Of a stretch of 58,297 bases of DNA, positions 1 through 9,926 are shown piece by piece; the first letter of the stretch is position 1; every line of letters starts with the position of its first letter. Source of the DNA: a virus. Its lineage: Duplodnaviria; Caudoviricetes. Below the pieces are notes generated by a model. That model saw only the letters and a list, made by a program, of their open reading frames with translations. It was not told where the DNA came from and did not search any database. The position numbers and the translations under genes are program-made. The DNA is taken from positions 1-58,297 of the IMG/VR virus record IMGVR_UViG_3300024255_002562; one strand, given 5' to 3'.

Positions 1-1
1 A

Positions 2-880
2 GCCATATGTTTTTGGATACTTTATTGGTATTATACTATCATACCTACATGATAAAGACTGAAACTTATCATCATATAGCTTGAACTGCTTTTCTTTTAT
101 TAGTTCTATAAAATCTGGAGAATGATCGAACGGATCAGCCTGAGAAAAACAAGTAAAATTAGGAAGATCGTCGTAACATTCTATTATAAAGTCTATATAT
201 CCGGACGATTCTCTACCTTTATTATAAGTGTTAACATTGATGACCTTATTGTCACAAAAATTAAGCTTATTATTATTTTTGTCGATAACAACTATTTTGT
301 CAATATTATTATTTTCCTTAGAAACATTTTTAATCCAATCAATATTTTCTTTATACCTACTTATGAGAAGACAGAAATTCGATCCAGAAACATGGTCTTT
401 TATTTTTTTCTGATCAAGACTAAAGTTTTGAGTTATTTTTAAAAACCTTTCTTTTTCGCTCGATATTACTGATAAAATATTTTTAGACGACGAAACATAC
501 CTATAGGGGTCTTCTTTTGAGAAGAATACGGTTTTTTCTGACTGCTCTAGACAAGCGTTGTCAAAACTATACCCCATTTTTATGGCAGATATATTATCAT
601 ACTCATCACTTAAATCATTAAAAATTATTGTTAGTAAATACTCTTCATCGAACCGATTCCTGTCTCTATTACATGAATTGACGAATGTTATGCTTTTCGT
701 TTTATCTTCTTTATTAAAAAATTTCTTTGACGCTTGATTAATTGTTATTTTTTTTATATGATTTTTCATACTTATATCTTCAGGGTTGTCCCAAAAATAA
801 AAGAATATATCGCCATCAAGTTCTACTTTCTTATAATCATCATTGTAATCACCATAAAAAACTATAGCATTCTTTTTCAT
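2..880 (-). CDS. DUF3431-like protein (runs off window edge; 3' partial)
   Basis: Hand-translated open frame from ATG at 880, absent from the ORF track because it has no stop in the window; contains LISRYKENIDW...NKGRESSGYIDFIIECYDDLP...FSQADPFDH, typical of DUF3431. Confidence 0.65.
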   Translation of the reverse strand, partial: MKKNAIVFYGDYNDDYKKVELDGDIFFYFWDNPEDISMKNHIKKITINQASKKFFNKEDKTKSITFVNSCNRDRNRFDEEYLLTIIFNDLSDEYDNISAIKMGYSFDNACLEQSEKTVFFSKEDPYRYVSSSKNILSVISSEKERFLKITQNFSLDQKKIKDHVSGSNFCLLISRYKENIDWIKNVSKENNNIDKIVVIDKNNNKLNFCDNKVINVNTYNKGRESSGYIDFIIECYDDLPNFTCFSQADPFDHSPDFIELIKEKQFKLYDDKFQSLSCRYDSIIPIKYPKTYG

Positions 881-882
881 AC

Positions 883-1101
883 TTAGGTCATTTCTTGATA
901 AGTGGCAATACCAAGCATCATAGAATCCAGATAAGCAACATCAAGAGCTATAAAGTGAACGTGATCAGCTACTTCTTGCCTTAGTATTGGTTTATCCCAT
1001 TTTATTTTTTGAAACTCTTCAATATCCATTTCTTGTGACAGTATATCCGAAAACATCACTTTGCCATCTTCTTTTTTAAAAATAAGTCTATAATAATTCA
1101 T
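883..1101 (-). CDS. hypothetical protein
   Basis: 72 aa ORF tightly packed in a minus-strand operon. Confidence 0.6.
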   Translation of the reverse strand: MNYYRLIFKKEDGKVMFSDILSQEMDIEEFQKIKWDKPILRQEVADHVHFIALDVAYLDSMMLGIATYQEMT

Positions 1102-2182
1102 TTTCTACAGCTTTCATTGCTAATAATATTGTTTTGTCCATATCTAAATATTTGTACGATCCGAACCGACCTCCAATTATAAAATTACCCGGAATTCTTT
1201 CTAAGTATTTTTTATGCAACTCCTTGTTGTCTGCGTCGTTTATAGGATACATTTTCTCTTTACCTTCCACCCATTCTTCAGAATACTCTTTTGTTATTAT
1301 TGTGCTTTTCTTTTTAATTGTTGTTGGGCTAAAAAACTTATGCTCTATAACTCTAGTATAGTCTTCTGAAAGACTTGGATAGTTTACTATAGGATTACCT
1401 TGATAAGACCCTTCTAAACTACTGTGGACGAACCTACTTGATCTCCATCTCATCTTACCAATATCATAATCGAACAACTCGTCTACTGATCCAGAATAAA
1501 CTATTTTTTTAGAAATGTTTTTTATTTTTTGTTCTTTCTTAAAATCAACATTTAAAACAACTTCTATTTTTTTAAGCATACTTTCAAACATAGAGGTATA
1601 TCCTTCAGATGGAATTCCTTGATATGTTGAATTATAATAATTGTTGTTAAACTCGTATCGTATTGGTACTCTTTTTGCTATATTGAATGATAGGTTTTTA
1701 GGTTCTGTTCCCCATTGTTTCTTAGTATAACCATAAAAGAACCTATAGTAAATCTCTTCTCCTAATTGACTTATTACCCATTCCTCAAAATTTTGCGGGT
1801 TATCTATTTTTACAATTTTTTCTTTTAAAAGAGAAAATGCTTCATTTGGAGTAACTACTCCCCATAGTTCATAGAATGTGTTCATATTAATAGGAAGTGA
1901 ATATAGCTTTCCCCCACTTTTTGATTTTATATTATTCTGAAATTGATTGAAGTTGCTATATTTATTAACAAAGTCCCATACCTTTTTTGAAGTAGTGTGA
2001 AAAATATGAGGTCCGTATTTATGGACTTCTATACCGCATTCATTGTAAGAATAACAATTTCCGCCTATATGGTTTCTTCTTTCTAGTATTATACATTTTT
2101 TACCATGATCTGTCATCATTCTTGCAAATACAGAACCAAACAACCCACAACCAACTATACAATAATCATACATATTTTTCAC
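1088..2182 (-). CDS. glf: UDP-galactopyranose mutase
   Basis: GCGLFG FAD motif, HIGGNCY, HKYGPHIFHT, YTKKQWG, YTRVIEHKFF, GRFGSYKYLDMD. Confidence 0.95.
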   Translation of the reverse strand: MKNMYDYCIVGCGLFGSVFARMMTDHGKKCIILERRNHIGGNCYSYNECGIEVHKYGPHIFHTTSKKVWDFVNKYSNFNQFQNNIKSKSGGKLYSLPINMNTFYELWGVVTPNEAFSLLKEKIVKIDNPQNFEEWVISQLGEEIYYRFFYGYTKKQWGTEPKNLSFNIAKRVPIRYEFNNNYYNSTYQGIPSEGYTSMFESMLKKIEVVLNVDFKKEQKIKNISKKIVYSGSVDELFDYDIGKMRWRSSRFVHSSLEGSYQGNPIVNYPSLSEDYTRVIEHKFFSPTTIKKKSTIITKEYSEEWVEGKEKMYPINDADNKELHKKYLERIPGNFIIGGRFGSYKYLDMDKTILLAMKAVENELL

Positions 2183-2186
2183 ACAT

Positions 2187-2228
2187 AAAAAAGAGAGAGG
2201 AGGATCATTTAAAACCCACCTCTCCCTC
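2187..2228 (-). terminator. probable intrinsic terminator
   Basis: Minus strand GAGGGAGAGG...CCTCTCTC followed by TTTTTT, downstream of 2267..2878. Confidence 0.65.
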
Positions 2229-2266
2229 GCAAATCACTATCATTCGAATCAGAAACTTAAGAGATT

Positions 2267-2878
2267 TTATTGATTAATATACGGCTCTAGCTTATCATTA
2301 GCAAAGTCGTCAGCCTGATTTGCCAACTCTTCGTCAGCTTCAACAAAAGTGAATGTAGGAGCGTAAAACTTTACAGCACCTTTCTTTTGTTGCTCGCCTT
2401 TTTGTCCAGTTATAATATAGCTATAGATGTTTGTACGTCCATGTTCGTTGATGAACTCAATCCAATTAGTCATACTGCCACCTGAAAGATCAATTCTAAC
2501 AGGAACGTAATCGCCTTCAATCATAGCCAATGCAAAAATGCTTGCAGTGAATTTACCTCCAAGACCTTTAATCTCATCTTTGTCTTCGGAATAACTTCCT
2601 GTAAGTGCAACTTTGCCATCACTATACCTAACTACAACTTCATCCTTAGTTGACTTAAATAAGTTCGAATAGATGGATTTTTGATGTTCGTCACTCCATC
2701 CACTAATAGACGATAGAATATCCAGCACGACAAAGTCTAGACTTTCTAAAGTTACTTCCTTCTCTTCCTCTTTATTCCAGTACGACCACACTCCTTCATT
2801 TCCTTTGAATTTTACTCTGTGCTGTACTGGTGAGGCTACTCGTTCTTGTTCTGTTGTTCTTGACATCATTTTCTCCAA
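2267..2878 (-). CDS. putative phage ssDNA-binding protein
   Basis: Beta-rich, aromatic-rich 203 aa ORF with acidic C-terminal part, next to an annealase-like gene; assignment is inference. Confidence 0.4.
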   Translation of the reverse strand: MEKMMSRTTEQERVASPVQHRVKFKGNEGVWSYWNKEEEKEVTLESLDFVVLDILSSISGWSDEHQKSIYSNLFKSTKDEVVVRYSDGKVALTGSYSEDKDEIKGLGGKFTASIFALAMIEGDYVPVRIDLSGGSMTNWIEFINEHGRTNIYSYIITGQKGEQQKKGAVKFYAPTFTFVEADEELANQADDFANDKLEPYINQ

Positions 2879-3531
2879 TTTGTTTTGTAACTCTTTATAG
2901 AGTCAGGTATAGTATCTGTTTCGTTCGTAAATTTATTTAGTTTTTTAATCATTTTGATAGCAAGGTCTTTTTCTACCTCATGAATACTTTCATATATTTT
3001 ATCAACTGAAATGAATTTTTCAACATCAATATCTAAACTTTGACATTTTTTATCAATTAAATTCACTTGCTGTGGCTGAATTCTTGTTTCGGAATTCTTA
3101 GCTACTATCTGAGAAGCATTATCTTTACTATGAAGCTCCTCCGCAGAAACTGCTTTCAGTTTTAAAGCCTTCCGTAAGGCTCTAGCTTCCGCTCTCGTTG
3201 ACGCCATCGCCGGAGCATGTACTAGGAATATATCGTCAGTATTACCTTCCCAAGCGTCTGCTACGTCCCCATACCGCTTCTCCGTGCCATTCTTAGTGAG
3301 AAAAGCAACTTCATATCTAACTGAAGCTCTGCCAGCGGCGTCACCTTTTACCCACTGGGTATCTACAGGTGAACTAAAAATAATTTCTCCAATAAACTTT
3401 TCTGCTAATCTTCTCAATCCATGAACCAACGGATTACCGTCTCTCATTTCATCTTCGCTTAAAAGAGAAAGCACATAGTCGCTCCATTCCGGAGAAAGCA
3501 TATCCGGCTTAGATTCTTCTCGTTCTACCAT
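2866..3531 (-). CDS. putative ssDNA-annealing protein (Rad52/Sak-like)
   Basis: AMASTRAEARALRKAL resembles the conserved helix of phage annealases. Confidence 0.5.
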   Translation of the reverse strand: MVEREESKPDMLSPEWSDYVLSLLSEDEMRDGNPLVHGLRRLAEKFIGEIIFSSPVDTQWVKGDAAGRASVRYEVAFLTKNGTEKRYGDVADAWEGNTDDIFLVHAPAMASTRAEARALRKALKLKAVSAEELHSKDNASQIVAKNSETRIQPQQVNLIDKKCQSLDIDVEKFISVDKIYESIHEVEKDLAIKMIKKLNKFTNETDTIPDSIKSYKTNWRK

Positions 3532-4309
3532 CTTTTACCTCAATTTCAATAAGTCTTTGTCCAGATTTCGGAAATTTCTTTTTTATCTTATTTATTTCCT
3601 CAACCACAATATCTAAAAGCATGTTCATTTTTGTAAGAGAAATACTCTTGTCAACTTGACGTATTCTCAGCACAGCGTAACCAGTTTTTAGAAGAATCCC
3701 CTGCTTTATTATATCTGAATTTTTCTGCTTTTGTAACTTTTCTTCACCCCAAATTGGCAAAAAATGTCCGGGTCCATCTATTTCTATAGCGGTTTTTAAT
3801 TCCGGCAAAAACAGGTCTATTTCAAGCTTACTACTAGCTATGACATTTTTATGGAACTCAACTCTTACCCCTATTTCCTCTAGCTTATTTTTTAAGTGTC
3901 TTTCTGTTTTAGACCCCTCTTTACTAGCACGTCTGACCGCCTCCATAGCTAAACTAGAAAGATTATCTTTTTGTTCTTGAGACATTTTATCCCAATTATC
4001 CTTACTTGTTTTAGAGACCTTTTCTCTTTCCAAGTCCGTCATGCGATCCCAAGCTTTAGCTCTTTCTATTCCTATTTTTCTTTTATGTTCTTCTGATAGG
4101 GTTTTTCCTTCTGTTGGATGTTCCGCCCTGCCATTTTCTATAGCCATAATCTGTGCTTCTTTATAGTCACGCTTTTCAACTCCAAGATAAGTTAAAGCCC
4201 TCAGTATCTTAGTTGAGTACGTATCTAATTCTTCAGCTATTTGATAACTGCTATGTCCATCAGCGTATAGCTCTTTTATTCTTTTTCCGTTTCTTTTAGC
4301 AAATTCCAT
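3509..4309 (-). CDS. NUMOD3-like/DUF559 (Vsr-like) endonuclease, probable homing endonuclease
   Basis: N-terminal HTH, GKTLSEEHKRKIG (NUMOD3-like), C-terminal SKTE...EIDLFLPELKTAIEIDG..H. Confidence 0.75.
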   Translation of the reverse strand: MEFAKRNGKRIKELYADGHSSYQIAEELDTYSTKILRALTYLGVEKRDYKEAQIMAIENGRAEHPTEGKTLSEEHKRKIGIERAKAWDRMTDLEREKVSKTSKDNWDKMSQEQKDNLSSLAMEAVRRASKEGSKTERHLKNKLEEIGVRVEFHKNVIASSKLEIDLFLPELKTAIEIDGPGHFLPIWGEEKLQKQKNSDIIKQGILLKTGYAVLRIRQVDKSISLTKMNMLLDIVVEEINKIKKKFPKSGQRLIEIEVKDGRTRRI

Positions 4310-4746
4310 ATCGACTCCAAGTTAAATTTTTCAAATGTTTGTGTTTTTTTGCCAACTATATTTTTCAGTATTTTGCTATGACTCTCTGATCTAGTAATTA
4401 CAGTTAACTCTTCATTTTGCAGAATAGAAAACAATTCTTTGTATTGTATTTTTTTATAGAACCATTCAATATCCCATAGATAAAGGACTTTTTTAGAGTT
4501 CGTCTTTGACGAAAGAATATCCTTGGTTGACTGTATGTCTAAAGCTACAAGAACCCCATCATCAAAAGAATCAATTTCCGTAGGATTCATGACAGCAAAC
4601 TTAGTATTAATGACTTTTTCGCTAAAATTCATGACTGCCACAGAAACGTCATGAATACTATTATCTATTACATCATTCACTTCCTTTATCAGTTCATAAT
4701 TAGACTCAGAGAACCTCAAATTATCTACAACTATCATCGTTTTCAT
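4276..4746 (-). CDS. hypothetical protein (glycosyltransferase-associated)
   Basis: Start moved to ATG 4746 (ATGA overlap with upstream gene); KKVLYLWDIEW resembles GT-B N-terminal lobes. Confidence 0.5.
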   Translation of the reverse strand: MKTMIVVDNLRFSESNYELIKEVNDVIDNSIHDVSVAVMNFSEKVINTKFAVMNPTEIDSFDDGVLVALDIQSTKDILSSKTNSKKVLYLWDIEWFYKKIQYKELFSILQNEELTVITRSESHSKILKNIVGKKTQTFEKFNLESIWNLLKETEKE

Positions 4747-5174
4747 ACATAAGCTCCAACAAAATCCCCACAAACCCCAAGTATATCCATATTTTTTATT
4801 TTTTCATAAGGCTCGTTTTCCGGAAAAAACACTATAGTCTTATCTGTAGCAGATGATCCATGACTTATAGGAATGCCCTTACTTGTAAAAGAAAATTTAG
4901 AACCGTCAGTAAACCCATGAAAACCGTTTTCTATAATATAAGAAAAAGCAGCACTGTTTCTTGTTTGAAATAAAATTTTTGATGGATTCAAAATATCATT
5001 AAAGCTAATTTTATAAGAAGGGTAATTCTCTCCAGAACACATTTTACCGTTAATGACCCATAAGTCAACCTTTACAAGAAAGCCAGCTTTTATAGCTTCT
5101 TCCAGATATTCTTGTGTGTTTTCAACGCTTTCTATTACGCCGAATAAGTTCCCTTTATTTGCTATTTTAATCAT
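4743..5174 (-). CDS. degenerate PLC-like/GDPD-like phosphodiesterase
   Basis: IANKGN...ENTQEYLEEAIKAGFLVKVDLW aligns by eye with ISHRGN...EN..Y...A...GFDVEIDLW, but the catalytic His/Glu are replaced. Confidence 0.5.
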   Translation of the reverse strand: MIKIANKGNLFGVIESVENTQEYLEEAIKAGFLVKVDLWVINGKMCSGENYPSYKISFNDILNPSKILFQTRNSAAFSYIIENGFHGFTDGSKFSFTSKGIPISHGSSATDKTIVFFPENEPYEKIKNMDILGVCGDFVGAYV

Positions 5175-5889
5175 TGATATATTTTCCTTTCAATGATTTG
5201 AGTTTTGCTCCCATAGCAGATAGTCCATTTATTTTTAAGACATTAGCCATTTTGTCAAACGCTGTTTTTTCTTTCAGAACGGATTGCCTAAGTGTATTGT
5301 CTATCGTCTTTTTGTTTTTTATAGAATCCTCTATTTCGGCATGAAACTGCTCTCTATTTTTGAAAACAATAGGAGTTCCTCCAGCAGCTATAATATCTAG
5401 CTCCCTAAAACCTAAATCTTTTTCAGGGACAAGGGATACTCTCGATTTGTTATAGGCGTTAAAAATATCAAACTTACTTATGGTTCCGCAGTAACTAAAA
5501 AACGGAAGAGGCTTTTCATAGAATAATTTAAAATTGTAGTCTTCATTAAAGTATCTATACAACTCTATGCCAAAATCATCCGGAGAACCAATGTAACTAA
5601 TGTCAGAAGTGAACGATTCGTCGTCAGTTATAAATTCGCTCAAGTACGAAGTGAATGGACCTATTTTTTTATAAACATCGTCGTCAATTTGTATTTCAGC
5701 AAAACTGTCTTCGTTACTTTTTATTTTAGAATTGATGTCATGAATTAATATATCTGGAGCAAACCTCACAATATCTTCTTTGCTCACTGTTCCTTCTATA
5801 AGACCTAATTCAATATCTAGTGATGACAAACATTTGGTTAATGACAAAAACCTAAAATCTTTATTGTTATTGTAAACTAAAATTTTCAT
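5167..5889 (-). CDS. glycosyltransferase-like protein (CgeB/GT1_2-like)
   Basis: DISYIGS...YNKSRVSL...FRELDIIAAGG...VLKEKT pattern. Confidence 0.55.
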   Translation of the reverse strand: MKILVYNNNKDFRFLSLTKCLSSLDIELGLIEGTVSKEDIVRFAPDILIHDINSKIKSNEDSFAEIQIDDDVYKKIGPFTSYLSEFITDDESFTSDISYIGSPDDFGIELYRYFNEDYNFKLFYEKPLPFFSYCGTISKFDIFNAYNKSRVSLVPEKDLGFRELDIIAAGGTPIVFKNREQFHAEIEDSIKNKKTIDNTLRQSVLKEKTAFDKMANVLKINGLSAMGAKLKSLKGKYIND

Positions 5890-6581
5890 ATAATACCTTT
5901 TGATGCGATCACATCAATTATTTTTCCTTTTTTATGTTCTTGAATCTTAAACTTAGTTTTTTCAATCAAAACATTCACCAATTTATGGATGTCCTCATAC
6001 GAATTCGCTTGTCTTATATTTTTCTGAATTTCCTTAATACGCTCTCTTGGTATAAAAAGCATTTCTGACCATTCATTTTTAAGACCATAGGATAAATGCT
6101 TGGCATCTTCTTTCTGATGGAGAACTCCTATGTTATACCCCTGCTTATGATTGCCGGGATGAATAAAAACTATTGGAGACTTATCATCGTTAACACAAAA
6201 AGATTCTTTGCTGAAAAATCGATTGCCATGAAAAACATAAAGATTTGAGTCAGTTATTAAGTTGACAGCTAGTTTTAAACTGCCAGCCGAGGTCATGTCT
6301 TTAAAATTTACATTCTCTATTATTTTTACTGATTTGTGTTTTGAATGCACATAACTTATAACATCATCCGAAAGAAAACCAACAACTAAAAAAATAGAAC
6401 CGTCCTTATCAAATTTTCTTATAGCATTGACTTGATAATCTATTAATTTATTATTGCCTATTTTTATTAAACTCTCCGGCGTCGAGTATCTTTTTCTCAC
6501 TCCACATCCAGCGGAAAGTATTATAAAAGAATTATGGCAATTTTCTTCTTTCAGATTGTGTATGTAATTACTTTTTGACAT
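5886..6581 (-). CDS. sugar/choline-phosphate nucleotidyltransferase-like protein
   Basis: IILSAGCGVRKR..P.SLIKI, LVVGF, IIEN, GSLKLA. Confidence 0.7.
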   Translation of the reverse strand: MSKSNYIHNLKEENCHNSFIILSAGCGVRKRYSTPESLIKIGNNKLIDYQVNAIRKFDKDGSIFLVVGFLSDDVISYVHSKHKSVKIIENVNFKDMTSAGSLKLAVNLITDSNLYVFHGNRFFSKESFCVNDDKSPIVFIHPGNHKQGYNIGVLHQKEDAKHLSYGLKNEWSEMLFIPRERIKEIQKNIRQANSYEDIHKLVNVLIEKTKFKIQEHKKGKIIDVIASKGII

Positions 6582-7107
6582 TTATTTTGTTTTTATATAG
6601 TTGATGAGGAATATGTCTGGATATATAGTTCGACAAAAGAGATTTTTCAATTTTATCATTAGACTCTATCTCTAAATATTTATCTGCATTACACACAATT
6701 AAAGGAATAGCAACTGGGGATGGCATCGAACTCAAATACACCGGAAATTCAGTTTCGTCGATGACACCAAAATAATCAGAATACATACAGGCAACTAATT
6801 CGTCATCAAATGCTTTATCAATATAGTCAAGAAAATTATCTAAGAGAGAAATATTAGCTCCGTCGATATTGCATAAAAACTCTGCCTTATGATTTATGCT
6901 CTCTTCTTTTATTAGTTGCTGCAAATTATCAAAATCTTCGAAACTAAAATAAAGAACTTTATAGTCTGTATCTATAGCCTCTTTTTTATCTTCACCACGC
7001 CTAAAGTCGTAAATAACAACGTCTACTTTATCTTGATCTAACTTTTGTATAGACTCTATCAATAATGGGTTTATTTTAAATCTAACCAAAACGTTAATTA
7101 ACAGCAT
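6568..7107 (-). CDS. GT-A/GT2-like protein (degenerate)
   Basis: VVIYD, ACMYSDY, RHIPHQLY resemble GT2 elements; canonical DxD unclear. Confidence 0.4.
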   Translation of the reverse strand: MLLINVLVRFKINPLLIESIQKLDQDKVDVVIYDFRRGEDKKEAIDTDYKVLYFSFEDFDNLQQLIKEESINHKAEFLCNIDGANISLLDNFLDYIDKAFDDELVACMYSDYFGVIDETEFPVYLSSMPSPVAIPLIVCNADKYLEIESNDKIEKSLLSNYISRHIPHQLYKNKINVKK

Positions 7108-7873
7108 AAGTTTTTACTTCCTCCCAAGTCATAATGCCATTATCACAATCTGCCGATTTAGCCATTATATTAATTTTGTTTTCAATTTCATCTAACTTAT
7201 TCCCCTTAAGTAACTTATACAAAGGAGCCATGCATACCATTTGATGAATTTCTCCATCTACTGGCGGAACATAAAGAAGTCTTTTCATGAATATATTTAC
7301 TGTTGAATTAAGATCATCTAACACAGAATCATCAAAATCTTTATCCGAATCAATAAAATATAGATAACCATTCTTAGCTCTCTTAAAAGCTTCATCAGCA
7401 ACTGACCTTAAATTTATTTGACCATCAGAAATGCTTTCAGAAAAAATCTGCATCACAGTATAATCGTCCGCATCGTATTCTTCTAATACACTCAAAACGC
7501 TCGATCTTTGCACATTTTCCAGATGAACTATTACTTTTTTGAATTTATGGGAATTTTTAATGCCATTTATTTTTTTCAAAACTTCATCTAACTTACTAGT
7601 GTCGTTTTTACATATGACGATTATCGTTCCAGATATATAGACTTCATCAATCAGTTTTTCTAAAGAGTCATAGTCTTCATACGGTTTATCTAAATCAGAC
7701 CAGTTGTCGTCTCTTTTATATGCACAAACCCTATCGACGACAGTGTTTCCGTTTTCTTTTGTTATAGAAGCTCCCGCCTCTTCAAAAGCCTCTAAAGCAT
7801 AAACCTTACACTCATCATCTTCAAAAAATACGCAATCATTGCACTTAGTACCTAATTTTATCATCTCAGCCAT
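7094..7873 (-). CDS. hypothetical protein, Cys-rich N-terminus, GT-A-like C-terminus
   Basis: CNDC..C at N-terminus; AKNGYLYFIDSD resembles a GT2 DxD region. Confidence 0.45.
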   Translation of the reverse strand: MAEMIKLGTKCNDCVFFEDDECKVYALEAFEEAGASITKENGNTVVDRVCAYKRDDNWSDLDKPYEDYDSLEKLIDEVYISGTIIVICKNDTSKLDEVLKKINGIKNSHKFKKVIVHLENVQRSSVLSVLEEYDADDYTVMQIFSESISDGQINLRSVADEAFKRAKNGYLYFIDSDKDFDDSVLDDLNSTVNIFMKRLLYVPPVDGEIHQMVCMAPLYKLLKGNKLDEIENKINIMAKSADCDNGIMTWEEVKTYAVN

Positions 7874-9482
7874 TTTTACTATTCCTTATGTTTTCCCAAT
7901 GGTTTATTAACTTACCCATTTCTTTTATCATTTTTAAAACCGTCTCTCTATTGATAGGTCTTTCTTGTATTTTTCCGTGGGCGGACATATCCGAATAAAA
8001 ATACCCGCCAAAACCGCCCTTTGTTCTCCCCATATTCAAGTCTCTAAGCAGAGACCTAGCAAAATAAGAATTGACTTTTGTCTCATCTGCATATTTAGAC
8101 ATAGCCCATTCTATAAACCCCTTATTACTTATATTTTCTGGAGGTTTTTCATTATTAATATCTTTGATTTTTGGAGGGGTGGACCAATCAGCAAAAGGCA
8201 TACTGTCTACAGCATCCATCCATACCTTCGCGGACTTGTCCCAACTATAGTGTTCATCAAAAGCTTGTTTTGTTTCCATCCCTTTCTTTTTTATTAGTTC
8301 TAGAGGTTTACTAAAGAACTTTTCAAAATAATCAGCAAGGGCGTCCGGATCAACAACGGCTCTATCGCATCCAGTTTCTAATTCTTTGTAGAGAGTGTAT
8401 TTTATAGGATCAGCATTTAACTTAGAGACTATATCACTCATTGCAGAATAGTCAACAGTAGCTATTGGAACCCCACAAGCAGCAGCTTCAACTTGAGGAA
8501 GACCAAATCCTTCACTAGAAGCACATTGCACATAAAGGTCAAACAAGTTGTATATCTCAGAAAGAGTTTCAGAAGAAACGCCGTTTGAAACAGAAACAGG
8601 TAAAGAAGAAAATCTATTACAAGCACTGCATTGTTTGCACGCATCGTGGAATTTGCATATCTCTAAGTTATTGCAGGACTTACACATGTACGAAAAAATA
8701 ACCCTTGAGGATATCTCATTCTCATGAAGCAGCGTCCCTATATCCCATCCATTATCAGGATAACTAGTGTGGCAATACAAAAAAGTCTTTGTGTCTTTTG
8801 TTTTCTTTAAATATTTTCCGAAAGCTTCGAATAATGCTGGGAATAATTTTCTTCTTTGATTCCTCATTACCGTTCCAATGATATTCATAGATGGGTCCAT
8901 TCCCAATTTTCTTTTGTGATCCTCTTTATTTAATGGCTTAAAGCACTCAGATGCCGATGGAGGAGCCGCTGACAAGAAATTGGTACTATCAGTCATTTGT
9001 TTTTTGAGCGAATCTAACGCCCAATCAGAGTACGTGATGATGCCATCCATACTTCCATAGACGTGAAGCCACTCTTTGTTTTGTGGATAGGCATCAACAG
9101 TAGGCATCCATATGGATTTAAATATACGTCGATACGGAGACTTATAAACAAAAGAATCCATCCAATAATCCCGAATTAGAAGGACGACATCAGCTTTAAA
9201 ATCTAAACACACTTGTTCAAAACGCCATGATCCAAATTGATGTTCAGGAGAACTTGAATAAAACTCTGTTTCTTTTTTATTAGTTTTGTCCGGCATGTTC
9301 GGGTAGTTTTTCCACCGCATACCTTTTCTCTCGACAGCATCTTCTGCACCATAAATGGAAAATTCAGCTATTTCATATTTTCCAGAATCATAGAGTCTGT
9401 CAAGTATTTGCTTTGCATAAGTGGCATACCCTGTACTTAAATAAGTAGCCTCCGTCAAGAATAACACTCTTTTTTTTCTCAT
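7866..9482 (-). CDS. GT4 family glycosyltransferase with Cys-rich insert
   Basis: STGYA, RNQRRK, YNLFDLYVQCASSEGFGLPQVEAAACGVP (EX7E), CKSC..CKQCSAC insert. Confidence 0.9.
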   Translation of the reverse strand: MRKKRVLFLTEATYLSTGYATYAKQILDRLYDSGKYEIAEFSIYGAEDAVERKGMRWKNYPNMPDKTNKKETEFYSSSPEHQFGSWRFEQVCLDFKADVVLLIRDYWMDSFVYKSPYRRIFKSIWMPTVDAYPQNKEWLHVYGSMDGIITYSDWALDSLKKQMTDSTNFLSAAPPSASECFKPLNKEDHKRKLGMDPSMNIIGTVMRNQRRKLFPALFEAFGKYLKKTKDTKTFLYCHTSYPDNGWDIGTLLHENEISSRVIFSYMCKSCNNLEICKFHDACKQCSACNRFSSLPVSVSNGVSSETLSEIYNLFDLYVQCASSEGFGLPQVEAAACGVPIATVDYSAMSDIVSKLNADPIKYTLYKELETGCDRAVVDPDALADYFEKFFSKPLELIKKKGMETKQAFDEHYSWDKSAKVWMDAVDSMPFADWSTPPKIKDINNEKPPENISNKGFIEWAMSKYADETKVNSYFARSLLRDLNMGRTKGGFGGYFYSDMSAHGKIQERPINRETVLKMIKEMGKLINHWENIRNSKNG

Positions 9483-9925
9483 AAATTTTCTTTTACTTTG
9501 TTCAGTTCTTTTTTAACAAAATTCTTTGACCTCTTAACCGTATTGCATATTTCTTTGTTTGAGGCTTTATCTATCTTTAAATTAATTATCTTTTGAACTA
9601 CAGTTGGATAACTTTGGATAATGTCGTCAATATAGATTTCATCTTCATATGATTTTTTCGACAACATACCTTCGTTTATTGTTAAGTGACCAGTATGTTT
9701 TCGTAGTTTTTTTATATACTTGATCATATCGTTATTCATGCACGTCGTGATATATGTTGATATCTTTGATTTTTTTGAATCGTACTTGTCTAAGTTTTTC
9801 CACATAGACATATTTCCAACCTGCATCAAGTCTTCGTAGTCATATGATGGATCAAACCGTGAATACTTTAAAGCCAATTTTGATATCAGCCCCTGATTTT
9901 CGTTTATGTATTTTTCTTTATTCAT
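9479..9925 (-). CDS. RNA polymerase sigma-70 family factor (small)
   Basis: Region 2 motif YEDLMQVG..MWKNLDKYDSKKSKISTYIT; C-terminal region 4-like HTH. Confidence 0.85.
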   Translation of the reverse strand: MNKEKYINENQGLISKLALKYSRFDPSYDYEDLMQVGNMSMWKNLDKYDSKKSKISTYITTCMNNDMIKYIKKLRKHTGHLTINEGMLSKKSYEDEIYIDDIIQSYPTVVQKIINLKIDKASNKEICNTVKRSKNFVKKELNKVKENL

Positions 9926-9926
9926 T

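Noticed and set aside
122-442. Short antisense ORFs in the track (e.g. 122..442, 7965..8297, 24340..24720, 39225..39542, 48750..48935)
   Set aside because: They shadow well-supported genes or RNA elements and have no recognisable motifs.
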